This document shows positions 1 to 12,856 of a DNA stretch of 64,000 bases, one piece after another. Each line of letters opens with the position of its first letter. The first letter of the stretch is position 1. Source of the stretch: Cycas panzhihuaensis (taxonomy: Eukaryota > Plantae > Cycadophyta); NCBI GenBank assembly GCA_023213395.1, contig CM041465.1:213845741-213909740 (forward strand), read 5' to 3'. Made by a program: the position numbers and the translations under genes. The notes beneath the pieces were generated by a model. That model was given only the letters and a program-made list of their open reading frames with translations. It was not told where the DNA came from and ran no database searches.

Positions 1-3000
1 GCATGTCCGTAGTTTTTCTATGGCATGCATCAATTATTAGGCTTATGATTATATACTCATAAAACTCTTCCCACTTTCTCTTCAAGGCAATCCCCTTAAG
101 TGATTCTATCGCCTACTAGCACATTCTATCTTTTCATTCCAACAACTCCTAGATGAATTCATCAACTATTTTGACATAGCTCATCCTTTCGAAAGCAGAA
201 TGAAAGCCTTCTTGTCTCTTAAACAATGTTACAATGAGATGAATCATGACTTTGTGAGATGCTTCCATGACTTACTTCACTCAACCAAGGTAACCCTGCC
301 TGAGGAGTTGAAGAGAGACCTCTTTATTAATGTCCTTCTCCCAAAAGTCCATGTTGAATTCCTTAAAATGGGGGCAATGACATGCGACTCCACCATAGCC
401 AAGTCCTTGGTGCTTGAGGCTACTAAGATCTAGGCAGGTCTCAAGAAGCCTCTTAAGCCCTCATAATGGCATGAGGCACCTCCACTACCCCCTAAAACTA
501 AAGTCCAATAGCCTGCCAGATCTTCCCATCCAATGGAGAAGACCTTGGATCCCCTTACTTCTGCTATATGTTTATTTGAATGTACCATGAAGGAGCTTAA
601 ACTCCAAGCCCCTTCACCCCCTACCTCACACAAACCAGTCCACCAAGCCTCTTAAGAGGCTCCCCAAAAGGGTGTTAATGCCCAATCTTCTCAAATGAGG
701 AAGCTAGATTCCTCTCTAAAGAAGAAGTGGTGTTTCATCCATAGGGAGTGTTTTCATGAAGATTCACAATGCTGAGCCTAACACCCTAGAGCCACCCTGC
801 AATGTGATTCTTCTCCCAAATGGGTGTCTAGGCCAAACCTAGACCAACTCGTCCATAAGGATCCCTTCCCCAAACATGGGGAATGTGATCGCAATAACTA
901 GCAAAAGGATAACTGAAATAGAGGGAGGTCCCTAAATCCTCACCCTTCATAATCCAAAGGGAAGGGTACAGGGGATTTGTCCTCTCCTTTTAGTCCTCCT
1001 GACTGCCATACTCTTTCACCCTCTCGATCCCAAAATAAGGGAAAGAGAGTCATTTCGATGCTTGAGACCACACCATTATATGCCTTAACTTGGTTCTAAA
1101 CAACTAAAGAGGTAAATAATGCCTCTTCTTCCACACCTCACCTTGATCCTCTTCTGGAGGTCCCTCCTTTAGAAATCCTTGTGCTTCCTAAGACCATTCC
1201 CATGTGCCCTGGTCACTATAATTTTCGAAGGGTGCTTCCCCAACCTAGCATGAAGGGGAAGCCCTTCTCTATCATTGATGAGCTTCACACTGTCGTTGTA
1301 GGGATGTCTATGATGGACATCTTGAGAAGCTATCCTAAACAACACACCCTTCTTTTGTAAGCTTTGGGGTTGGTTGACATGTCTGTTCATGCCTTGGGTG
1401 TCACTCTGAGTTGTGGACCCATCATCTTTTTGATCCCAAAGATCTTCCCTCATTCGGTGAAATGGAATACCAATGGAACTGCCCCTTCACCATAACTATT
1501 AACACACTTGACTGCACTCTATGAAGAATCATTGTAGACAATGGTTCTTTTGTCAATGCCATGCCCTTACGTGTCATGCAAGAGCTTGGCATTTTAGCCC
1601 TCAAACCAGTCCCATGGCAGTGTCAAGGCTATAATGATAGCAAAAAGACACCCTTGGGATTGATGTCCATTCCACTTACTTCAAGGACAAAATTGTCCTC
1701 TCTGACATTGTAGCTCTTGATGTTGATGTCAACTATAACCTTTTGTTGGGACACCTATGGCTTGACCAAATAGGAGTTGTGTGCTCGTCCTGTTGGGGAC
1801 AACTTAAATTTGTCCACGATAGGCAAATGAAAGTTGTCTCTTGGGAGCTTCCTCCCACCAAACAATCTCGCCAACCCCATTAAGTGGCTAGCGACAAGGT
1901 GAAGGGTGATAAGAGCTCATCTACCCATGCTTCTGCTTACTCAATCAATATTCCTGGCTCATCTAACTTAGAAGAGGGTCCTTCCCCTTCTTCCTCAAAC
2001 CTCATATGCTTCGCCCTTATTGGTGTAGCGAGCTACAGATACCTCACCATTTTAGTGATAATGAGTTCAATGAGGAGGAGGAGGATCTTCCTCATCCCAT
2101 CTCCCTCCTAAACACTAGTAGCAAAAGCTCTCTCCATTCCAGGCCTCCACCTAAAACTTCTTCTTTTGGGAAGACCTGTTTTCCTCTTGGGTTGCATGTT
2201 CTTACACCTACCTACCATGTAACTCTTCCTACCATATTTTCTTCCAACCTATCACCTCCCTTTAGCGATGGGGTGGAGCAACCTCTCAACACTTGTCACG
2301 AGGAGTCTCTTTTTGAATCTTTTGAAGAGTCCCTCGAGTACATTGAGTGGTGGGTCGATCGCTATGACCCTATCACCCCTTCAAACTCTAACTTATGATC
2401 TTCTCAAAGTATGGTTATCCATGGGGTAAACTACTTTGAGAATGATAAGGCTTTGCTTGAGCATCTGGTGGGCTCTATGACCAATTTCCCTCCTGGTCAC
2501 CATAGGTTTGGTCACCAGAAGATCTTAGCCATCGGGTCACCTCTTGTCGATGCAAACCCAATTCCTTCTTCCCACCCTCCTATTGACTGAGCCCCCCTTC
2601 ACTTTGAGGAGGGGAATGCCATGTGCATGGGGGCAACTAAGGACATCATCCTCAGCTCTAGAAAAGTCATAAAGGTGGGGGTAGAATGTTCTCCTGATGA
2701 AATGAAGGAGTACACCCTTCTGTTCTAGGAATTCTGTGATGTTTTTGCATGGGACTACTTCAATATGAAGGGGATAGACCCTTCTATAATTACCCACAAT
2801 CTTACTACCGTTCTAGGTGCTCATCTCGTGTATCAAAAGAAGTGCCTTCTTCACCCAAAACTCTCAGCTACCGTAAAGATGGAAGTGGAGAAACTCCTAA
2901 ATGTAGGGTTAATCACTTCTATCGACTACCCCAAGTGGGTCTCTAATATTGTCCCCATTTCCAAAAAAGAATGGGATGATTAGGATATGTGTTAATTTTT

Positions 3001-5390
3001 GTGATATCAACAACCCATGTCCCAAGGACAACTTTCCTCTGCCCTTTATCAATCAAATCATCGATCAAACCACTATTTTTGAAGTCATGTCCTTGATAGA
3101 TGACTTCTCAGGATATAACTAAATACAAATCTCTCCTAAAGACCATCATAAGATAGTCTTCACTATGCCTTGGGGTACCTTTGCTTACAAAGAATTGCCC
3201 TTTGGGCTTAAGAATGTAGGCACCACTTATCAAAGAGTGATGCAATTTATTTTTCATGACCTTATCAACAAAACCTTACAGGTTTTTATGGATAATATGA
3301 TGGGCCTCTCACGTGCTAGGGCCCACCATCCTTCTAACTTATAGGCCATCTTCACTCGATGTCGTAAATATCACGTAAGTCTAAACCCCCTCAAATATAT
3401 GTTTGTCATGATAACTAGCAAACTCCTTAGATTCATTGTTTTAAAACATGGTATCCAAATCGATCCCGATAAAGTCAAGGCCATCCTTGATAGGCTACCT
3501 CCTAGGACCCAACAATTAATCAAGTTATTCCTAGGTAGGTTATATTTCCTTAAGTGTTTCTTGGCAAAATTCTCCATAAACGCAAAACCCCTTAACAACC
3601 TCTTAAAGAAAGGGGCCCCATTTGTTTGGTCTTCAAAGGCCTAGTAAGCCTTTGAGGAGCTCAAGGAAGCCCAACTTTGGTGTCTCCTCTCTTTGACAGG
3701 CCTTTCATCCTATATACTTTGGCTACCAATGAATCTTTGGGTGCCATGCTAGCCTAAGAGGATGACTCAGGAACCGAAAGGGCTATTTACTTTATCATCT
3801 GCACCCTCGTGGATACCGAACTTAACTACTCCCCTACTGAGAAGGAGTGCCTTTATTTGGTGCATGCTACTAACAAGTTTAGGCATGACTTGCTCAGAAA
3901 CACTACTCGAGTGATCATCCAGTTCGATCCCTTGAGGTACTTATTAACTCAATCCAACTTGACAGGTAGGACTGGTAAGTGGGCCATCCTCCTTCAAGAA
4001 TTTGATCTCCAAATTGTCAATAGGAAATCAAAGAAAGAGATGGTGATTACTGAACAACTTGTTGACACCCCCATCCTAAACCTTTCAGACACTCTCATCG
4101 ATGATTCCTTATGTGATGAGCCCATCTTGGCTATTTAGAATTCCTCCTATCATCCACTCACATATAGCAAGTGGTATGGGGACATTGTGTGATACCTCAT
4201 TGAGTAGTAGTATTATTCCAAAGCAAGCGATACAGTTAGGTCATATATTCGGGCTACTGCTAGGTAGTATTTCCTTATGGGAGAGGTTTTGTATAAGAGG
4301 TCCTTTGATGGGATCCTTCTTTGCTGCATCAACCCAGATGAAGCGGGCCAAATACTTCGTGAATTCCATCATGGCATTTACGGGGGTTATTTTGGGGGGC
4401 CAATCCATGGCCCATAGGATCCTTCATATGGGGTATTATTGGCCATCTCTTTTCAAGGATGCCCACACTTATGCCCTATGGTGTCGTCAGTGTCAAGAGC
4501 ATGCCAACATCACCCACTTGTCTTTTGAGGCTTTACATCCCATCATTTCTCCTCAGCCCTTCTCACAATGGGGACTATACCTCATTGGGGCCATAACTCC
4601 CCCTTCCTCATCGTAGCACAAGTTCATCTTGACTGCAATAGAATACTTCACTAAATGGGCTGAAGTGGTCCCTCTATCTTCTACTTCTGGCAAGATGATA
4701 GCCACCTTCATCTACTAGTACATCATTTGCCAGTTCAAGATCCCTAATGTCTTGATCACAGATAATAGAACCCACTTCTGTAATAAGCATATGGATGATC
4801 TTTATGAGAAATTCAAGATTACTCATAAAACCTCCTCTCCTTATTACCCTCAGGCCAATGGCCAAGTAGAGTCATTTAACAAAGCCCTCATAAATATTTT
4901 AAAGAAAACCATTGGCATCTTCAACTCCCATCTGCCCTATGGGCATATCGCACATCTATCCGTACAACTATAGGGATGACCACTTTTTCCCTTATATATG
5001 GAATAGAGGTGGTTCTCCCACTAGAAGTGGAGGTCCATTTTTTATGAGTCTCCCTTCCGGGTCTTGTTGACGATGAGTCTCTTTGTCACGTCTCCTAGAC
5101 CTTGAAGACCTAGACGAGAATTGCCTGGTTGCATACTAAGTGAATCTTACCTCTAAGGCCAGGGCATAAAGGATGTATAACAAACACCTTCATCCCTGTC
5201 CTTTGCATCCTAGAGACCATGTCCTTAAGTTGAAATATCTCCATGATCGCTTGTCCAAGTTCAGACCTAAGTGGGTTGGACCGTCATTCTCGAGAACCTC
5301 AATAACGACACTTACATGATTGCAACCTTAGAAGGCATCAAATTTGAAAAAGTTGTCAATGAAAAATTCTTGAAGAAATTCTACGTGTGA
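1..5390 (+). pseudogene. gag-pol pseudogene of the Tat-type element
   Basis: Gag KLFPLSLQG..WFY..SI.SFQQL..FI (~60-330). CX2HX4HX4C knuckle CFIHRECFHEDSQC (~730-772). Protease IIVDNGSFVN (~1525-1560). RT EFCDVFAW..MKGIDP, DDFSGYNQI, PFGLKN, FMDN (2730-3640). RH NYSPTEKECL..GKWAILLQEFDL (3809-4138). INT GYYWPSLFKDA..CRQCQ, ITDNRTHF, YYPQANGQVE. Ends KFLKKFYV* at 5390. Confidence 0.92.
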
Positions 5391-6125
5391 GTATGTCTAC
5401 CCCTGTGTAGGTTAGGCACACCACCTCTTTTTTCTCACTTCGAAATGAGCCTAAACTACCACTCTAAACACAGCCTCATTCCCCCAAATCACAAGGGAAA
5501 TTTTTGTCTAGGGTGGCTCTCTCATCTCTCTGTCCTCTTTTGTGACACCTTGAGCTTCCCTCTCGAGGGAAACTCTTCCTCCTTATTGAGTGCGTGGTTT
5601 CCTTCAACTCTTAAGTTTAGAAACATACTCCAACTAGGACCGTATACTCGAGTACCTATACTCCCTCTCTCCAACGCTTCCTTTGCATATCTCACTATGC
5701 TCCTTCGATGGACATGTATGGCTCCCCATCTCCTAGCCTCATACGTGCCTATCACCTATACTCATGGTAGTCGTGTGTGCTCGCTATAAGTATGACCTTG
5801 TATGAGAGGAAGCCTAGGCATCGCCTATATGATCTAATAATAAAAATCATATAATAACAAACCAAAACTGTCATCATGTATAACCCTTCCTGCAATCGTG
5901 CACCTATGTCTACATACACACAAACACATAAACAAAATATACAACAAAATGCATCATCATACATCAAATGAGGTGCCAATGGCCCTTCTCTATATGCATA
6001 AAGAAACATATCATATAAATAATATAGGGCATCATTCGTGGGAAGCTAGAATCCTTGCAGGGAGGAGTATAATCATGTGATAACATATGGTGACTCCCTA
6101 GAGGTTCGGTGCTTTTCCAATCAAA

Positions 6126-8093
6126 ATTGATCCTACCCTACTCTCTGGCGCTCCTGTGCTCATTAAGTGTCATCTCCTGGTCACTGTGATCTCTTCCTAG
6201 GAGACTGCATGCCTCTTAGGCTCCTCCTCCACTGCTGGGAGCTCCCTACTTCATTCCCCTCATCTCGAGGCCTCCTCGGGGCCACCATTGGGGTCTATGT
6301 CTGGGTCTTGCTCCACGATGACCTTAATGTAACCTGGTCCACCAGCTGATCGTATCACCCTTAGATATGATCCCTCTCTTCATCCACCCATCAGAGCCTC
6401 TACTCCACTCCTCAGAGTCACTCCTCGAGCATGGCTATCTGGATGCGGCCCTGTACATCTCTACCTGCTCCTCCACCCTAAGCCTTTAGTGCCTGGAGAT
6501 GACCTCGTAAGGTGTCTCTCTCCTCGTGGGTCTCATCTAGCTCCCCTTATAGTTGTCCCATCCTTGCTTGGTTCTCCTGGGACTCTACTACCTATACGTC
6601 TCTGGCCCTGATCAGTGGGGCAAATGTCACTATGTGTGCCCCCACTAATCATAGCTCCTCTCTAGCCTAGATGGGAGGTTGCCCCTCCTCATAGACCTGG
6701 GGAAATACCTCCTGGATTATTGCCTCGATCAACTTTGCCATCCCTACTACTTCTAGTAAGCCAAACATATCACGTATCAGTCCACATATCCATATGCATA
6801 TCAAAACCTCAAGATTAGATCAAAACAAACTATCCAAATGCCTGATAATCGAAGGGTGATGAGGAAGGGTAATGTCTCACCTCCTGAGATGATCAGCTCC
6901 TTAGCTTTGGTGACTATCTCCTCCTCAGGACTTTCCTTGGTTATTGGTACCCCCTCCTCCTTGGGTACCACCTCACCTACTGCTTGGCCCACTAGGATGT
7001 CTCCTCCTCCCTCTACCGCTACTACCACTTCCATTGCCTGAGCTCTGCCTACCACCCTTAGTCTCTAGACTGGTGTGCGGGGTGGCCTACCTCTCCCTGT
7101 AGCTCTTGATGGACCCGCCTCTCCTGAAGACCCTACTTCACCTCCTACGATCCTTGATGGACTCGCCTCACCACCTGCTGCTCCTAATAGGCTTTCCCCA
7201 TCACTTCCATGACTACCATTATCGTCATTGCTATCTTTAGGGGCACCTCTTGCTCCTCCTGCCTCATCATCACTACCCCACCTCGCCCCTCTGTATGGAT
7301 CTACCGTATAGTTCTCCATGGTGAGGAGGTCTAGTAATGTTACCTCCATCGAGTGCCTGATGTGAGCCTGGTCCTCAGTTCCCCTAAACCAAGTCTGTCA
7401 CATGTGTATCATGGGAGCCCATTCTGAGATGGGGTGTGGTCCTCTTAGTAGTGCTACTGCCCCAAAGTGATCAAAGAACTAGCACTATAGTAGTATACAC
7501 TAGGAGAATCCTCCTCTCCCTGTCACTCTGATAGCATCTAACTAGGCAACCATGTTCATCACTATAAGAGTAGCCTAATCCAGTCTCTCCCTGGCCTCAC
7601 ACCTCTTGACTGTCTCCATCCATCCACCGGGTATATCCCTGTAGTTCTATTTATGGGAAATCTAGAACGAAATGCCTAATGTAATCAACTTCCCCACCTG
7701 AGGAATTTATGACATAACCATGGTCTGAACTGGTATCCCACGCCTCTCCCACATATCCTAACCTATGAAGTACATGGCTGCCTCCCTATGTGTAGCATCA
7801 TTGCTAAGAAATACCCCTAGTGATGCTGATGCTCCTCTCACAAGAAAGCCCAGGATCCTCTGAATGGCCCCTAGTGTGATAGTAACGTCCCCTACCCAGG
7901 GGAGGTGGAATACATGTCGCCTACGATCCTAATGGGTGACAATGTCAACTAGGAGATGCTAGTCTGAGGCATATTGTGGTGTCTTGATGATCTTCAGTAA
8001 TCCACATTTCCCTAGAGTCTGCCTATCTCCCTAAGTCATCATCTCGATAAAACTCATCAATACCATCCCTATGTTTTCGTGATTGTCTACCAT
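6126..8093 (-). pseudogene. Antisense plant mobile domain (PMD, MAIN/MAIL-type) plus coiled-coil gene with intron, inside the Tat element
   Basis: The minus frame from ATG 8093 reads ...LGKCGLLKI..D*HLLVDIVTH*DRRRHVFHLPWVGDVTITLGAIQRILG (7860-7990) and D*ATLIV..VA*LDAIR..CILL*C*FFDHF (7455-7600), matching the PMD motifs. An acidic/G-rich linker follows, then a GT-AG intron (6880-6753) and a heptad-rich C-terminus. The 3' end is approximate. Confidence 0.8.
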
Positions 8094-8804
8094 AATAACT
8101 GTTTACAAAACACCTAGCAATCAGTCAGAACACCTTTGCATCTATCTACCTACCCTCAAGTTACCTCTCCCTCTCTCTAGGCTAAGTTTAGCACTATTCG
8201 AGGCCCTGTTCCTTCTTTTTCCTGCTTGGTTATCTCTGCCACACATCAAACTCTATAATACTATGGAGTTTGACCAGGGCCTTGCTGAGATTTTAGCGTG
8301 CTCTTAACAGACCTACGGCAAACTTTGTGGCACCACAAATTTTATCATGGGGCCATCCATACCCCCCATGCAAGAGGGGAAGAATGCCTAAAAAAATCAT
8401 AATTTTTATCTATGTAGACCCCGATCATGCCCATTAGGACCAAGTCTACCTAATGCCCTGGTCCTCCCCCTCTCTGGGCCCAGATTGGGCTCTAGAGGGT
8501 CCCAATTTGTCCTTAAGGGGCTAAGAATTAGTCTAAAAAGTATAAAAATACATTAAATTCAAGTGACAAAATGGAGTAGGTATGGGATGATCCACTCACT
8601 AGGTTCAATCTTGCTATGACCATCTCGTCACTTCGGTCCTGTAGGATATCTTCCCACTCCGATCTAATGGTCTGATCACTCTCCACGTGCCTCTAAAGTT
8701 GGGTGGTACTCCACTATATAAGGGAAAGGGCTCCAAATTGATGAGGAGGCCATGAAAATGAATCCCGATTTCACTGAGTTTTCCTTATATAGGTGGGGGC
8801 TCTA

Positions 8805-9780
8805 ATGGACACTTCCTCCTTTTTCCCTACTACAACAACACTTGTGATCATCTCTTTTCCCATATCATCTTTTCCTTCTGGGTCCATCCCCTGTTTTGCC
8901 CCCCTGGCCTCCTTTTTTCTTTTGCCCCTTAGGTGTATTTATGACGGCCCCTTCTGTCTCCTGAAGTCCCCTTTCTGTCTTGATTTTTATGCCAATCCTA
9001 AACATGCATGTGTTTATACTTATTTGGATCATTTCATCATCCTGAACCTAGTTTCACTGCCCATTCAAGCCTTTGGATCTCCCAAGGGAAGTGCCTCCCT
9101 TACTCGGGACCATGCTTCACTTCATTTAGCAACCTTTGGGACCCTAGAGGGGCCTTTTTCCCTGCCATCTCCCTCTCGTCCACTAGGTTAGTCTCCTCAT
9201 CCTTGGGTAGCCTCTTCCTTGGGTCCTCTTTCTATTTATGACCTTTATTCATAGCCATCTGAGTACCTCACGATCGTTTCCCCCCTTTTTGGGTCCCTTT
9301 CTTTACTCGTTAACCCTATTATTGTTTTCTTTCCACATCCATCTCATTGAGACCATACCCCTCCTACCATGGCTTTGCTCATCTTTACCAACGGTAGAAG
9401 TCGTGGTAACCCAGATCCTTCCACTGTCGCATGGATCCTCCGTGACCCCTCCAAATATGACTACATGCATTCTGGGGTCTTCCTTTCTGAAGCCACCAAT
9501 AACGAAGCTGAATACATAGTTGTTATTGAAACCCTCACTGATGCGCTCCACTTCCACTGCAGACCTATCATTCTCCTTTACGACTCTCAGGTTGTTATGT
9601 CTCACCTCACTGAGGTCTACCAAGTGCATTGTCCATGTTTGAGGGCCCTCGCCTCTACTACTCAGTCTCTTTTGTCATGTTTCTCTTTCGTTGATATCTG
9701 ACATATCCCTCAAGACCACAATGCTAAGGTAAAGCCTCATCCTCAAGCATTGTCTCCCCCTCCTTGATGGCCCTCCTTAA
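8805..9780 (+). pseudogene. Stand-alone ORF: ~190 aa unknown N-terminal region plus archaeal-type RNase HI (aRH)
   Basis: IFTNGRSRGNPDP, ATNNEAEY, YDSQVV, HIPQDHN (9369-9725) are aRH motifs. Track ORF 8793-9191 is in the same frame. From ATG 8805 the frame is broken only by TAG/TGA stops consistent with deamination. Confidence 0.82.
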
Positions 9781-10283
9781 GGGACCTATCTAGTCACTCT
9801 GATACCCAGGTTCTAAGTCATCCCACTCTCCTATCTTGTGATCCATTCACACCTCTGAAAATTGGCCACTAATGAGGTTGAGCTATGGTGACCACCAGGT
9901 TTGTTCTCCTCACCTTACCATTCGTGTCACCCCATGTACATAATCTTTCTCTTCCTTACTCCCTTGTGTATATAGCATTCCATTTATAGCACCAATTTGA
10001 TCCTGTCTATGACTATCACCACTATTTATGTTGTATTTATATGATGGGGGAATCCCCCCATATGTCTTCCCTACCCGTCGACTTTAGGGTGATACGTAGG
10101 CAGCCCCTATATTGTCTCTCCCTCATCTCCTTGTTCATGTGTCTTGCCATGACAATCACCATTACCCTTGGCTTGCATCATGGTCATATTTATTGTATAT
10201 ATATATATTATTAACATTTTATTGCCAACATTCACCATCGTGTTATGCTTCCGAGTAATGAGGCTCTGTTACCAAGGGGGCAA

Positions 10284-12856
10284 TGTTTCCCAACTATCAG
10301 GAATGGATATAGGCGAGTCGACTCAGGTAAGAATATGTATGCTTCTACCCGTTGCCTTTGTTAATTCTAAGAAAGGTAAATTAAAGTATTTTTTCTATAT
10401 TACATGATTGTTTGGTTCATTGTGTGACCATTATACATATGTTGCTTGATCAGGTTGCATTATACCACATCATCCTATGGCGATCTAGGGATATGCATCC
10501 CATGGTGCCCCACAACCCTCCTCCATGCCTCAATGTTATGCCCAAGTACCAGTTGGCCCCTATAGCCTAATCACATTGCCCATTGGCACATCTCGACCTC
10601 TAGCACCTTGCCTAGGCATAGTTGGTGTCTCTTCACTTATTTATTAACTTTTTGGGGGCTTCTCACCTTTGGTATTTTACCTATCATAGGTTTCTTTAGT
10701 CCCATGGCTGTCCCCTACCACCTAGATAGGGTGCCATGACCCTCCAGGCTTGAAGTACCCCTTTTTTCTGAGCTCCCAAGATTCTGTTTACTTATGTTTC
10801 TATCACACCGTGATAAATATCATGGTACCACTGCAAACTTCATGGTATCACAAAGTTTACAATGGGCGACTGTGACACATTATTTTTTAAAATTTGTCGT
10901 GGCTAATTTCATAATTATTGCAAAATTACCACATGGAAGAGATGTATTCCTAGCCTAAGCCAAACCCTAATCACTCGATTGATCTAGGGTTAGGTTTAAA
11001 AACCTAAAAACACCATCATTTCCCTCTCTTCCACTCTCTCCAACTCTCTCCCTCATTCACTCTTCAAACCTTTCTCCAGAAATGCCCTACAACAATACAG
11101 GTCTGACACACCAACTTACTAGCCTGATACCAGTCCTCTACAACTCCATATCTATAGCAGTAAGCTTGCAACGTGGCTAACTAAAGGAAGGATGCTCTCC
11201 AAGTACTCCATCAAGCACATATCTTTTTTCTTATTCTGGTTTTGTCTTCAGTTTACTTCTCCTTTGGGTTTCACCTGTAAACCCCATAAGGCCTGCCTTT
11301 CTCTCTTATTTTCTAGGTAGATCTACCCCTAATCTACCCATCGCAGGTACTCATCATCCTTTATGTTGCTTTCCCTCTTTTATATTTTGTAAAAGTTATT
11401 TGTATACTTTCTACAACACTTTCTTTCTCCAGTTTTTCTACTGTAAATAGGAGGCAAACCCTCCCTTTCTCGTTTGCTCACTGTTTCCTTCTAGCTCTTC
11501 CCTGATTTCTCTAAGGAGGCAGTGAGGAAGACGCTTCCAAGGAGAGTGAAAGGAGTAAAGGTAGGGGTTCTATACCTAGCGAGCCTTCTCCTCAAGGACA
11601 TCCCCCTTCTCTCCCTACCTCTTCCTCCTCTGTGCTTCCCTTAGGCTTTTAAAGGGCTATTTGAAGGGAGGTCGCCACTAGCAGCAACATATATAGCCAA
11701 TTGTTGTGCTTTCTCTCAACTTTGCAGACCTTACACAAGCAGGATTACATCCCCAAACCATACCCTATCTGTCACTTGGTGTTAAGCTAGGTTGAGGTTG
11801 TAAAAGTTACACTTCATAGCTTTTGCAACATTGACAACACATGCAATTTCGCCTGTAATCTATTATTTACATCTCAAGGTTTTATTACATTTGCCCTACT
11901 TTTCCACTTTGGTACTTAGATAGCATAGAATATCATAGACTTGGGAGGGTTAGCTATTCCGAGGCTAATTACACCCTTTCTCCTCCAAGCCCCTTTTTCA
12001 TATTATTCACATGTTAACATAAAAAGGAACTGAGAGTTAGTCTTATATTACAAATGTTTCTTTGACTTAGATAGTTTGCATCATATTATTCTATATATTG
12101 CGCATATATCCCTTATATTCTTGCTACCCCATGGGAAAGGGCAAATGTTGCTTGGTTGCAGGTTCCCTTCTTACTATGCATGGAGAGGAAGAAGGACATT
12201 CCAATCTAGGTATGTTCCTGCTTTTCTGATAGCTATTTCTTTTGAGACCTTTTGTTACAACTCTTCCTTTCTCTTTCATTTTCCTTTGGATTTAGGGAAT
12301 GTAAGGAAGCCTCTACCCTTCTTCACTAGCACCACTCTGTCACACCATCCGTGGTTGGGAGTAGCATGAGGAAAGCAAATATGATGAGGGGTAGCACTCC
12401 TTCGATCGTCTAGTTCCCAAGTATGCCTCCCACTTCCCTTTAGTCCTCTTCCTCTCACTTCCCTTCCTTCACCCCCATATATCACTTAAAGGAAAAGAAA
12501 AGAAAGGGAATTTACACATATCATTTGCACATAGTTAGCCTGCTTTCTTATTTGAGAAAGTACATGAGATAAGGATCATATTTATTACACGTTTATTTAT
12601 TGTATGGTTAGTTGAACTTGCATCCCTTGCATACATCCCACATCGTACATAGATTCCTCGTTAGTTCTCCTCCTTTCATGCTTGAAAGTTAATGGGAGTG
12701 AGGATATGCATGCATGAGTGAATGAGTGGGTTTTTATGCTATTCTTTTTCTTTCTCTTTTGAAGGAACTTTCTTGCACACAAGAACACATTGTCACATAC
12801 ACAACCTCATCAATACATACTTTGTGTAACAACTCACATGAAAAAGTATTGAAACA
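10284..12856 (+). repeat. 3' LTR of the Tat element (~2.6 kb)
   Basis: Starts TGTTTC directly after the PPT and ends GAAACA (6-bp terminal inverted repeat), where LINE-like sequence begins. No second LTR is in the window, so the right end is inferred. Confidence 0.6.

Larger units (their letters stand above)
1..12856 (+). mobile_element. Ty3/Gypsy non-chromoviral (Tat-type, TatIII-like) LTR retrotransposon, decayed; 5' LTR outside window
   Basis: Domain order is gag-PR-RT-RH-INT, then a long 3' region with extra ORFs, the PPT AAGGGGGCAA (10274-10283) and an LTR starting TGTTTC at 10284. The element has many TAG/TGA/TAA stops and frameshifts. Confidence 0.88.
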
